Assembly: GCF_964194155.1 (NCBI RefSeq)
Contig: NC_135893.1
Coordinates: forward strand, 14,756,001 to 14,820,000
Direction: 5' to 3'
Length of the DNA stretch: 64,000 nucleotides
From: Cetorhinus maximus
Lineage: Eukaryota
Shown here piece by piece: positions 48,375 through 61,199 of the stretch (position 1 is its first letter; each line of letters opens with the position of its first letter). The translations under genes were made by a program, and so were the position numbers. The notes beneath the pieces were generated by a model. It was not told where the DNA came from and did no database searches. It saw nothing but the letters and a program-made list of their open reading frames with translations.

Positions 48375-51300
48375 GAGGAGCGTGAAAGAGGACAACCCTG
48401 GGACAGGCAGTCAGCAGCACCTAGAGGAGAGTGCGAGAGGAAGACCCTGGGACAGACATAGACCAGATCCTCTGGCTGCTGCTGACTATCTAGAGGATCT
48501 CACATCTAGTCTATATTCAAGTAGGAGTAAGGGTAAAATAAAAGCTACGGTTAAGATAAATATGGGGAGCTCAGCCCCGTGATTTGCACATCTTGCGCTT
48601 TATGGGAAATCCTAGATGCTCCTGGCAGTCTGAATGACTATGTGTGCAGGAGGTGCCTCAGACTGGAGCAACTCAAGCTCTGGGTTTTGGACCCAGAGCG
48701 GCAGCTGGGGGCATTACGTTGCATTCACGAGGCTGAGAGGTTCGTGGATTGTGTGTTTCAGGACATGGTCACCCCGAAGCTTAAGGAAGTGCAAGCAGAG
48801 AGGGAATGGGTCACCACCAGACAGTAGAGGAGGACCAGGCAGGTAGTGAGATAATTCCCCGAGTGCACCTCACTCGCAAACTGTTTTTCGGCCTTGGAAA
48901 ATGGTGAGAGTGACTGTTCCTCTGTGGAGGCCAACCAGAGCCAAGGCCATGGCACTGTGGATTGTCCAACTGCTTGGGAAGGGGGGAGGAAGATATGTGG
49001 AAGGGCAATAGTGGTAGGGGATTCATTAGTGAGGGGAGTAGACAGGCGCTTCTGTGGCTGTAGACGTGATTCCAGGACAGCATGTTGCTTCCCGGGTGCC
49101 ATGGTCAAGGATGTCACAGAATGGCTGCAGGGCATTCTGAAGGGGGAGGGTGAACAGTCAGAGATCATGCCCATATTGGGACCAATGACCTAGGAAGAAA
49201 GAGAAATGAAGTCCTGCAAGCAGACTTTAGGGAGTTAGGTAGTAATCTCTGGATTACCCCCATGTGCCACGCAGTAGTGAACAGAAGGATAGAGCAGATG
49301 AATGCGTGGCTGGAGAGATGGTGCAGGACCGGACCTAGGGGAGGGGGGCTTACATTCCTGGGGCATTGGGACTGTTTCTGGGGGAGGTGGGACTTGTACA
49401 GGTTGGATGGGCTACATCTGAACAGGCACGGGACCAACATCCTCGTGGGGAGGTTTGCTAATGCTGTTGGGACGGATTTAAATTAAATTGGCAGGGGGAT
49501 GGGATCCTGAGAAGTAGTTCAGAGAGGAGAGAAGCTGAGATGGAATTAGAAGTTAAAATGTTAGTTAGTGAGTCTGGAAGGCAGAGGAAACATAGGCTAG
49601 ATAAGAAAGAAGTGAGTTTAGCGAGGCTAAATGGAATATATTTTAATGCAAGAAGCCTGAGGAATAAGACAGGCGAACTGAGGGCACAGATAGGCACGTG
49701 GGAGTATGATATCATAGCTATGACCGAGACTTGGCTAAAAGGACAGGATTGGCAGCGCAATATCCCTGGTTAAGGGTATTCAGATGAGATAGAAGGGAAT
49801 AGAAGAGGAGGAGGAGTCACAATATTGATCAAGGAATCAATTATAGCAGTGAGGAGGGATGATATCTTGGAAGGATCATCAAATGAGGCCATATGGGTAG
49901 AAGTAAAAAACACAAAAGGGGCAAACACGCTGTTGGGTGTGTACTATAGGCCCCCAAACAGTCGGGGAGAGATAGAGGATCAAATATGTAATCAAATTTC
50001 AGAGAAGTGTTAGAAGAGTAAGGCAGTAACAGTAGGGGATTTTAACAACCCAAATATAAACTGGGATAGTTTTAGTGTGTAAGGTAGGGAGGAGGCAAAA
50101 TTCTTAGGTTGCATCCAGGAGAACTTTTTTAGCCAGTACATAGCCCAACAAGGGAGGGGGCAGTTCTGGACCTAATATATGGAAATGAACCCGGGCAGAT
50201 GGAAGGCATATCAGCAGGGAAGCATTTTGGAGATAGTGACCATAGCTCAGTTAGATTTATGATAGTTATGGAAAAGGATAAGGTTGGGCTGGGAATAAAA
50301 GTTTTAAACTGGGAAAAGGCTAATTTTACTAAGATGAGATATGATTTGGCCCAAATGTACTGGGAGCAGCTCCTTGCAGATAAAACTGTTTCAGAGCAGT
50401 GGGAGGCATTCAAGGAGGAAATAGCGCGAGTACAGGGCAAATATGCTCCCGTAAAGACAAAGTGGGGGACGAAGTCCGGAGAACCCTGGATGTTGAGCGA
50501 TATAAAGGTTAGGATTAAGAAAAAAAGAGAAGCTTATGGCAAATACCGAGGGCTCAATATACAGCAGAGTCCGTAGAGGAGTATAAAAAGTGCAGGGGGG
50601 TATTTAAAAAGGAAATTAGGAAAGCTAAGAGTGTGCATAAGAAAGCATTGGTGGGTAGAATAAAAAAAAATCCAAAGGGGTTTTTTAAATATATGAAGAG
50701 CAAGAGATTAAGTCGGGAAAGAGTAGGGCCAATGAGGGACCATAGAGGTAATCTGTGTGTGGACCCGGAAGACATGGGTACAGTCCTCAATGAATACTTT
50801 GCGTCGGTCTTCACAATGGAAAAGGACGGCACAGGTATAGACATAAGGGTGGAGGACTGTGAAATATTAGAGGAAGTTAACATAGATGGAGAGATGGTAC
50901 TAGCGGGTTTAGTGGCCTTAAAAGTGGATAAATCCGCAGGCCCGGATGAGATGTATCCCAGGCTGTTGAGGGAGGCAAGGGGAGAGAAATCAGGGGCCCT
51001 GGCAGTAATTTTCGAATCCTCTCTGGCCACAGGTGAGGTGCCAGAGGACTGGATGACTGCTAACGTTATCCCATTATTAAAAAAGGGAGGAAGGTATAGA
51101 CCAGGAAATTACAGACTAGTCAGTCTAACCTCAGTGGTGTGGAAGTTACTAGAAAGAATTCCGAGGGATAGAATATATCTGCACTTGGCGAGACACGAAT
51201 TAATCAGGGATAGTCAGCATGGATTTGTTAAGGGAAGGACATGTTTGACAAACTTGATCGAATTTTTTGAGGAGGTAACCAGGAGTGTTGATGAGGGTAA

Positions 51301-52425
51301 TGCCTTTGATGAGGTCTACATGGACTCTAGCAAGGCTTTTGATAAGGTCTCTCAAGGCAGACTGGTCAAGAAAGTAAGAGCCCATGGGATCCAAGGCTAG
51401 GTGGCACATTGGATCCAAAACTGGCTGAGAGGATGATGGTAGAGGGATGTTTCTGTGACTGTAAGTCTATTTCAGGTGGGGTTCTGCAGGGCTTGGTGCT
51501 GGGGCCTTTGCTGTTTGTGGTGTACATAAATGATTTGGACATAACTGTAGGGGATATGATCAAGAAGTTTGTGGATGACACGAAAATTGGTAGGGTGATA
51601 AATGGTGGGATAGCTGTAAACTGCAGGAGGGTATCAATGGACTGGTCAGGTGGGCAGAGCAGTGGCAAATATAATTCAGCCCGGAAAAGTGTGAGTTAAT
51701 GCACTTGGGGGAGGGCTAACAGGGAAAGGGATTACACATAAATGGTAGGACCCTGGAAAGTACTGAAGATCAGAGGGACCTTGGTGTGCATATCCACATA
51801 TCCAAAAAGGTAGATAAGGTAGTTAAGAAGGCATATGGGATATTGTAAAGAGCCGGGAGGTTATACTGGAACTGTATAAAACACTGGTTAGGCCACAACT
51901 GGAGTACTGCATGCAGTTCTGGTCACCACTTTATAGGAAGGATGTGATTGCACTGGAGAGGGTGCAGAGGAGATTTACCGGGATGCAGCCTGGGCTGGAG
52001 GGTCTGAGCTGTGAGGAAAGATTGGATAGGCTAGGGTTGTTTTCCTTGGAGCAGAGAAGGTTAAGAGGGGACCTGCTAAAGGTGTATAAGATTGAAGGGC
52101 ATATATAGGGTGGATAGGAAGGCACTTTTTCTGTCAGTAGAGGGGTCAATAATAGATTTAAGGTAAGAGGTAGAAGGCTGAGAGGGGGGCTTAGGAGAAT
52201 CTTTTTCACTCAGAGGGTGATGGGAGTCTGGAACTCACTGCCTGAAAGGGTGGTTGAGTCAGAAATTCTCGTAACATTTAAGTATTCACTTGCGTTGCCA
52301 TAGCCTCCAGGACTATGGGCCAAACGCTGGAAAATGGGATTGGTGGAGTCAGATCTTTGTTGACCGGCGTGGACACGATGGGCCGAATGGCAGCCTCCTG
52401 TGCTGTAAACATCTAAGAGTCTATA
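48375..52425 (+). mobile_element. Near full-length CR1 LINE (ORF1 zinc finger/esterase; ORF2 APE endonuclease and RT), inactivated by stops and frameshifts
   Basis: CTSCALWE..CRRC; VVGDSLVRG; DGLHLN; YFNARSL..AMTETWL; GVYYRPP; GDFN; SDH; SQHGF; KFVDDTK; QFWSP; CR1 3' UTR. Confidence 0.95.
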
Positions 52426-55400
52426 ATGTGTTGGGAAATCGTTAAATATAATGGGAACTGAACCACTACCAGCCTATCAATATCTGGTGCTAGGATCACT
52501 GGTATTTTTAACATACTCTGAGAAAAATTTAATTTTAAACTGGAAAACTCAGTTTCAATCTTATTTAAGGTTTGGCCTCTACGGTCCATGTTAGACCTCC
52601 TTTGTTTTAATTAAATCAGAATTCCAGGAATCCAGATTCCACGAGTAAACTTTCAGCATGTGACCCATGGAAATTGAGTCCATAAATCCACTCCTATGAT
52701 GAAATATTTGGGAGTGTCAATGGCAGACTAGCTTACCAATTTAAAATGATGCCAAAACAAAAGCAATTTAGGAGCTGTATTTCTATAAATCCTGTAGCCA
52801 TGCACTAGTTTAGATAGCTGTCATCTAGCTGTCTCTTCTTAAGGTGAAAAGTCAGATGAGATTACTAAGTGTTATGTAGCAATCAACTGGTAACCGTCTG
52901 AGCACAACTTGGGTGACTCGGAAGCTGTGTAGTAATAACAGAGTTTAAGTGCCCTATTTTTCTAAACATAAACCATCAGCAGCACAGTTTAAAAAAAAGT
53001 ATATATTAATAGGATATTTCTAAACACATGAATATTAAATCATATCAATAATCCTTCAACAGATTTGCCCCAGAATGTGCATTCTTGTGCTACATAATGA
53101 TTATGAATATTAAAGCAACTGCAATGTGCATTTTTTAATTCAGTATTTCTGCCATTCACAAACAAATGTCATTTGCCAGATGTCTATTGGTAATCCTTTC
53201 CAACTCTATCTGTATGGATATTTTACTTATTGATGAGCATTGTTAGATTTTGGCAGCTTTGCTGAAATGTAATATGTGTATCAATTGTCACCTTAAGCAG
53301 ATGATGTGTTTGTAATCCGCTACTAACGCTAATTTTATTTACTGTTTTGAGCTTCTCCCTTCCACTGTTCCCCACTCGATCTGCTCCATTGCTCAGAAAT
53401 GAGTGACGTGATTAGGTGTAGAAATGAAACTGTCATATTTGGAGTCCCACAGCCTCCATCTATATTTACTATCTCTGAAACACTCGCAGATTTGTGCATA
53501 AAACAGTTGCATGCACTTGTGCCTGACTTTGGGAAGAATAAAACGTGGGGTTCTGCCTTAAATTCCAATTAGTCGACCATATCATAACTACATTGCAACA
53601 TATATTTAATTTACATAGTAATGTAAACTTACGCTGTATGATGGCCCTAAAATCCTGTCATAAATTTATGACGTACATATATAGGGGAGAGATGCTGAGC
53701 AGTAATCCGTTTTTCCCTATGGGTAGAAAGAAGAAATTGAAAGGTGGATAATCCACATGCATTCAGTTGTGGGGGTAGCGGGAAAATTGGCGGAAGCTGG
53801 CAATGTCATTTGCCTTCCCTTTCAACTGGGGAATGTGGGGAGACATGAGAAAGAGGGATAGAAAATAAATCCTTGCCCTGCTACAGAAACATCTGCTACC
53901 GTTACACATCTATATGTTACAACGCAAAGAATGGAACATTTCCTAAACTTTGTCATCTATGTAGTCAGTTAACAAAACCAGAACAGATTAAACATTTCTA
54001 AATTCATGCCCATTAGTGTTTAATGTGTGCTCATAACTTGAAATCAGGAGGTTAAAGGTTTTCTTCTGCAATCCTAGATTTTGAATACCTGCTCAATTTT
54101 GTCCCCATTAACAACTTATTTCTGCAGAGTTGGGTGGCAGTAATGTGTTATGTGGTCATATCCACAAGTTAGACATTTCAGCAACAGATGAAAGAGAGCA
54201 TTATGTAGAGCCAGTGTGCTTTAGGGAAGTACTGGGATTGAAACCAAGTAGAAGAGACATTAAATAAATAGTAGGATTATTTTTATAGGGTGGCTGTATG
54301 TGACAGACAATATTTAGGAACAAGTTTTTTAAAAACACCCATTATGAGGCAGAGCAATCACTGCTTTGTTGAAACAACATGCACCTAAAGATTAGGACAT
54401 TTCTGTACTAATACAGGGTATATAGACAACTATTGTTTAGCAGAGTCAATTTTATTGCTGCTTGTTGCTATTAGTGGAACGTAAGCCAATAGTAGAGCAG
54501 CTGCATCAATATGTAAACTGGTATAACATTCTGGAGACGTAACACATCACAAAAAGAAATAGCCTTTCGACCAATCTCATAGATCCAGCTATTAGACATG
54601 TGTAATGACTCGACAGAGCGGACAGGTTTCAACAAGAAACAGATAAACTTTATCACAGTGAGCTTGTCAGGTGCTACATGCTCGATCAGGACTCGCGTCA
54701 GGAAACCACCCTCCCCCTACCCCAGATAGCCCACACTTGGGCTCATCGGTCGGAACCTCCCAGAACATTGTGACTCCTGATAGACAGCAGGAGAGGCTAT
54801 ACCTTCAGTTACTACATTTCCTCCCCCTTTAGTTTTTTTTATAATTTCTATTTACAGGGAAACATGTTGGATATCCAACAACACATACATATATACAACT
54901 TCAGGTTGATTTAAGGTCAAGTCTGAGTTGCTCTCCTTATACAGCTAGAGCACCATAGCTCTACCACTTGAGGTTCCTCAACAAGATCGCCACGATCTGG
55001 AACCGCAGCATGAGTCGCATCATTAGAAAGTGGCAATTCTGGGTTTGGCAACCCTACAGAGACATTGGGCATATCTATTCTAGGTCGACCTGTCACCTCA
55101 GGAATTGACGGTTCAACATTAATTACAGGCAGAATAGTTGGTTGTTGGAATGTCTCTCTAGCGCGAATATGATCTATGTGCTTATGAACGATTCTATCTT
55201 CCACTTGTACTTGGAAAGATAATCGTCTCTGAGACAATGGTTTCAGGAACCCAACAAGGTCCACTTCCAAAATTTTGCTCGAATACTGTGTCACCTACAT
55301 CGTGCAAGCTTTGCTGTGTATGTCATGGTTCAATTTTTGATTATTCTGATTCCGCTCTACCTTCCCCTCTAAATTTGGAAACACCAGGCTTAGCCATGTA

Positions 55401-55809
55401 CAAAGGCGGCATTTCATTAATAATTCAGAAAGTGTTGAACTCGTAGTCGAATGACAACTGAGAAGAAAGCAGGAAAGTCAAGATTCTAGAGTATCTTCTG
55501 ACCTTTTCATACCAGACTTGAAAATTTGTACAGCTTTCTTGGCCAAACCATTCGATGAGGGATGGTAAGGAGCTGTTTTGTCTGATTCCATTCAGATTCA
55601 TGAATTTCTGAAACACTGTTCTGGTAAAGGCTGTACCGTTATCAAAAACTACGATTTCAGGTAGGCCATGTATGCTAAAACAGTGACGCAGCTTCTCGAT
55701 AGTTGCACTCAATGTTGGCAATTTGACTTCTTATGTACAGCCATCCGTTTAGAATGTGCGTCTACAATCAACAAAAACATGGTACCTGAGAATGGTCCTA
55801 TGTAATCAA

Positions 55810-56744
55810 AGAACAAAGAAAAGTACAGCACAGGAACAGGCCCTTCGGCCCTCCAAGCCTGCGCCGATCATATTGCCCGTCAACTAAAACATTATGCACT
55901 TCCGGGGTCCGTATCCCTCTATTCCCATCCTATTCTTGTATTTGTCAAGCTGCCTCTTAAACACCACTATCGTACCTGCTTCCACCACCTCCTCTGGCAG
56001 CGAGTTCCAGACACTCACTACCCTCTGCGTAAAAAACTTGTCCCGCACATCACCTTTATAGTTTTCTCCTCTCACCTTAAATCTATGTCCCCTAGTAATT
56101 GACTCTTCCACCCTGGGAAAAAGCTTCTGACTATCTACTTTGTCCATGCCACTCATAATTTTGTAAACTTCTATCAAGTCTCCCCTCAATCTCCGTCGCT
56201 CTAGTGAGAACAATCCGAGTTTCCCCAACCTCTCCTCATAGCTAATAACCTCCAGACCAGGCAGCATCCTAGTAAACCTCCTCTGCACCCTCTCCAACGC
56301 CTCCATATCCTTCTGGTAATGTGGTGACCAGAATTGCACGCAATATTCCAAGTGTGGCCTAACCAAGGTTCTATACAGCTGCAGCATGACTTCCCAGCTT
56401 TTATACTCAATAGCCCTGCCAATGAAGGCAAGCATGCCATATGCCTTCCCGCCTACCTTATCCACCTGCGTTGCCACTTTGTGACCTGTGGACCTGTACA
56501 CCCAGATCCCTCTGCCCACCCAGATCCCTCTGCCCACCCAGATCCCTCTGCCCGTCAATGCAATTAAGGGTTCTGCCATTTACTGTGTAATTCCTGCCTG
56601 TATTAGACCTTCCAAAATGCATTACCTTGCATTTGTCCGGATTAAATTCCATCTGCCATTTCTCCGCCCAAGTCTCCAACCGATCTATATCCCATTGTAT
56701 CCTTTGACAATCCTCTTCACTATCTGCAACTCCTCCAACCTTGG
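55810..56744 (-). mobile_element. Young 5'-truncated CR1 inserted in the Gypsy integrase
   Basis: 9-bp TSD tgtaatcaa (55801-55809 and 56745-56753); tail (ttctttg)n; long open RT C-terminus (ORF 55884-56579). Confidence 0.95.
56500..56553. repeat. Perfect 18-bp tandem triplication
   Basis: (acccagatccctctgccc) x3, which reads GQRDLG x3 on the minus strand. Confidence 0.95.
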
Positions 56745-59394
56745 TGTAATCAATATGTAGCCTAACCCAGGGTTTACCAGGCCATTCCCACGGATGCAGG
56801 GGAGCTGAAACAGGCAACTCCTGTTGTTGCAGACAATGGAGACAGTACTTGACCATGCTTTCAATGTGACTGTCAATGCCTGGCTACCAGACATAGCTTT
56901 GTGCAAGCATTTTCATCTTTGATATGTCTGGATGCGCACTGTGGAACTGTCAAGAGTGGTTCTCTACCTTGTGATGGGATGACGACTCTTGATCTCCACA
57001 ACAAAATTCCATCTTGACAACTTATCTCTGTTTCTGGCAATGGAATGGTCTCAAATCTCCAGATACAGGTGAATTTGACCTTCCTTGCGATTGGATATCT
57101 ATTCTTCCAATTTCTAATTTGATTCGTGCACAGGGGTGAAGAATCCAAGAAATTCAGTTATAGCACAGCTTCTTGTGGAACAAGAGCATGTACAATGCTA
57201 TCTGGTAACAGAAGAGGACTGAGTGCAGCCACATTTGCAATGTGTAAACCAGGACAGTATATAAAAGTATACTTGTATGTAGATAATATCAGAGCCTAAC
57301 ATTTCATTCTTGCTGATGCTATTGGCGGAATGGCCTTATCCTCACTGAATAAACCCAGTAATGGTTTATGGTCTGACACAATGGTTAAATGTTGTCCATG
57401 TAGGTACTGGTAGAATTTCTTCACTCCGAATACCACTGATAAAGCTTCCTTTTTTAGCTGAGAAAATAACCCTTCACAGCTGTGGAGAGGGTTCTCGAGA
57501 TATAATCAATGGGCCTTTCTGATCCATTTTCCATTTTATGTGAATACACGGCTCCAACACCATAAAGAGAGGCATCACATGTTAATACCAAATCTTTCAA
57601 TGGGTCATGGTGTACCAATAAACATGACAAATGCAACAGTTTCTTCACTTTCACAAAGGCTTTTTCCTGTTGTGAATTCCACGATCAACAGCAATTCTTT
57701 TTTAACAACAAGTGTAATGGTGCCAACACAGTTGATAAGTTAGTCAAGAAAGGGCTGTAGTAGTTGATCATACCCAAGAAGGACTTGTTCGGTTACATTG
57801 GACAGTGAGGGTGTATCTTTTCTTGCCTGAACTTTCTCTTCTACTGGATGCAAATCCATGGTGTCCACCCTGTGACCCAGATGAGTAACCTCTGGTGTTT
57901 GAAATGTGCATTTTTCCTTTAACCGTACAGCAGCTTCCACGAACCTTCTTAGCACCTCCTCCGGCTGGCCAAGTGTTAGGTCTCGATTGACCCTGTGATG
58001 GTATACTAACACTTGGAAGTCCTTGCAAAAGAAGCTCCATTGTTCTCTGGAAGTTAGCTCATGCAGATGATACTTCAAAGGGTAGGTGAGTGTACTGATA
58101 AAGATCCTTGTGTGTGTTAATAGTCACGTATTCTCTTGATGTGCTATCCAGTTCTAATTGTTGGTAGACATGGCTCATATCCAATTTTGAATAGAACTTG
58201 CCTCCAGCCAGCTGTGCATAAGTAGTCTATCCTTGGAATGGGGAACTTGTCCAGTTTTGCTGCCTTATCTACAGTCAATTTGTAGTCCCTGTAAATGCGT
58301 ACGGTTTGGTCAGGCTTAACCACTGGAACTATGGGTGCTGCCCATTCCAAGAACTGGACAGATTGGATGATGCCCAGCTTTTCTAACCGGCACAGTTATG
58401 CTTCCACCTTCACCTTCAACACAGAAGGCACAGGTCTGGCCTTAGAGAAAAGGGGTGTCAGGAGTACCAACAAGAAGCAATATATGGTAGTTGTGATTAG
58501 CACAAGGAGACAAAATGTGAAATTATACTACTACTCTTGCATCATTGAAAGACTGTTTTTAAATGTGCATATCACTTCAAAACTAACCAAGGAAAGTAGA
58601 ATTGAAGGACGTAAACTTAAATTAGTGAAAGCAACACAAAATTGAGAGCAAAGATTGGTAGTCCATCATTCCTTTGCTATCTATCAATTTTCCCTATTTT
58701 AAGGAATGCTTAAGTTCCTTCCCCTATCTCTGAGTATTAAAAATCGAGCAGTATTAAGGATGTGTGTAGCTGGTAATTCTGCTTCTTAACAGATATGGGA
58801 CCAGGTCTTTTTTAAAGGTAGCAATTGATCCCAATTCAATAATTTCTCTGGGACTTTGACCTGCCCACTATCCCATTGGGTGTAGTATTTTTTCTAACCT
58901 CTAACATCGCCCAAAGGTTATGGGTTTGTGTTTTTGTTTTGATTTGCCTTGATTTTGCACTTCTGATTTGATTTTTATGTTTCTGTTAATCTCCCTGGAT
59001 TGCTTAGTTTTAACTGGAGAAATTTCATTGAATTTCAGTGGGGCTGAACTTTGCAGGATTCCACACCGCCCCTACAGTTGACTAGGCCTTTATCATGTGT
59101 GTATTTATTTACTGTTGCATGTTCCAATATGGACTGCCCTATGTTTTCGTAAATCAATTTGATCTGCCTTATCTCAAAAGTGGTTCAAGTTTCCCTGAAT
59201 ATCATTGACCTGTCTTTGAATTGTTGCTTGTATAGCTTTGTCTCATCTGCTAATGTAATACATCACTATACAGATCACACTCAAATATTGTAAATAATAG
59301 GATCCTAGAACTAATTTATGTTCACCTAGTTACTTTCTAGCACAGAATTTTTCATTCATCAGAGATCCTGTCTTGTGTTGGCAAGCAAAATCAT

Positions 59395-60075
59395 TTTGTT
59401 GCGTTCTTGGGATGTGTGCATCCCTGGCAAGGCCAGCACTTATTGCCCATCCTTAATTGCCCTCGAGAAGGTGGTGGTGAGTCACCTTGAGCCACTGCAG
59501 TCCATGTGGTGTAGGTACACCCACAGTACAGTTAGTAAGGGGGTTCTTGGATTTTGACCCAGGATGGTGATATAATGCCAAGTAAGGATGGTGAGTGACT
59601 TGGAGGAGAACTTGCAGGTACTAATGTTCCCATGTGTCTACTACTAGGTGAAAGGGGTAGTGAGTTTGGAAGGTTCTGTCAAAAAAGGTTTGGCGAGTTG
59701 CTGCATTGCATCTTTCAGTTGGTATATGCAACTCCCACTGTGTGCCGGTCGTGGATGGCGTGCTGATCAATTGTGCTGCTTTGGCTTGGGTAGTGTTGAG
59801 CTTCTTAGGTGCTGTTGGAGCTGCCCTCATCCAGTATAGTGGAGAATATTCCAGCACACTTCTGACTTATGCCTTGTAGATGGTGGGCAGGCTTTAGGGT
59901 GTCAGGCGGTGAGCTATTTGGCACAGAATTCCTAGCCTCTGACCTGTTCTAATAGCCACAGAATAATGGCTCATCCAGTTATGTTTCTGGTCAATGGTAT
60001 TCCCTAGGATGTTGATGTTAGGGGATTCATTGATGACAACACCATTGAATGTCATGGGGAGATGGTCATTGCCTG
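59395..60075 (-). mobile_element. 3' part of second LINE family
   Basis: Minus strand MLEYSPLYWMRAAPTAPKKLNTTQAKAAQLI. Confidence 0.85.
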
Positions 60076-60349
60076 TTGATTTTTAAATTTCAAAGTGATA
60101 TTGGGAGGAACTTCTTTGCTGAAAGTGGTGAATTTGTTGGAAATGTGACTTTCTTTGACAGTGGCAGGAGAGTTTGGGAAGAATTCTTGATTTTTTGAGG
60201 CACGGAAATATGTTAGTGTCATAACTGGAGTCAGGCAACTCATTCTACTCACAGCACCCTTAAAACGGCATTCTTTCCTCAATCCCAGCACAATAATCCT
60301 TTAGTTTTTCAGAATTACTACTGAAATTTTCTAGTGATTTTAAAAAAGT

Positions 60350-61185
60350 ACTTGTTGAATTCAACTGCCATCTCCTTATTTTCTATTATTAATTCCCCAG
60401 ACTCAATTTCTTTTAGACCAGTACTCACCTTGTTAACTCTTTTAAATATTGGTAGAAACTCTCACCAACTGTCTTTATATTTCTAGCTCGCTTTCTCTCA
60501 TACTCCTTATTAATCTTTTAGTCATTCTTTGCTGTTCATTATATTCTGCCCAATCTTCTGACCTGTTACCTATATTTGACAATTATATGCTTTTTAAGTT
60601 AATTTAAGATAATGTCTTTTAACTTTTTTAGTTAACCACGGATGGTGGTTCTCCCTTTGGAATTTTTCTTAATCATTGGAAGGTATCTATTCTTTGTATT
60701 CTGAAATATCTCCTTAAATGTCTGCCACTGCATCTCTATTGATCTATCCCTTAAATCTAATTTGCCAGTTCACTTTAGCTAGCTCTATTTTCATGCCCTC
60801 ATAATTTCCCTTATTTAAGTTTAAAATACTAGTCTTGGACCCACTCTTCTCTCCCTCAAATGGAATGGTAAATTCAATCATATTATTATGATCGCTGCTA
60901 CCTAGGGGCCCCTTCACTATGGGTTCATTAATTAATCCTATTTCGTTGCACAATACCAGGTCTAGCATAATCTGCTCTCTGGCTGGTGCCAGAATGTGTT
61001 GTTCTAAGAAACTATCCTGAAAACATTCCGTGAATTCCTCATTTAGGCTACCTTTTCCCATCTAGTTTTTCCAGTCTGTACATAGATTGAAATCCTCCAT
61101 GATTATCATTGTACCTTTCTGACAAGCTCCCATTATTTCTTCCACTATACCCGTCCTACTGTGATCACTTTTAGGGGACATGTCC
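60350..61185 (-). mobile_element. Old CR1 ORF2 fragment (endonuclease C-terminus)
   Basis: FTECFQDSFLEQHILAPAREQIMLDLVLCNE...LGSSDHN..LNLNKGNY. Confidence 0.9.
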
Positions 61186-61199
61186 ACCTGATTTTACCT

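Larger units (their letters stand above)
54601..58465 (-). mobile_element. Gypsy (Mag-like) LTR retrotransposon remnant: RT, RNase H, integrase, PPT and 3' LTR; 5'-truncated
   Basis: EWAAPIVPVVKPDQTVRIYRDYK, LVLTCDASLYGVGAV, HPWEWPGKPWVRLHIDY|IGPF and HGLPEIVVFDNGTAFT. PPT aaagggggaggaaa (54817-54830) abuts the LTR tgtagtaac...gtcattaca (54816-54601). Confidence 0.92.

Noticed and set aside
53265-53295. tgtatcaattgt (CINC) as the PRKCZ C1 exon
   Set aside because: The flanking codons do not give RIWGL..QGY or KLLVHK, and there is no suitable acceptor.
56458-56856. Integrase-RT chimeric ORF as a functional gene
   Set aside because: It is explained by a CR1 insertion with a TSD into a dead Gypsy; both parents are frameshifted or truncated.
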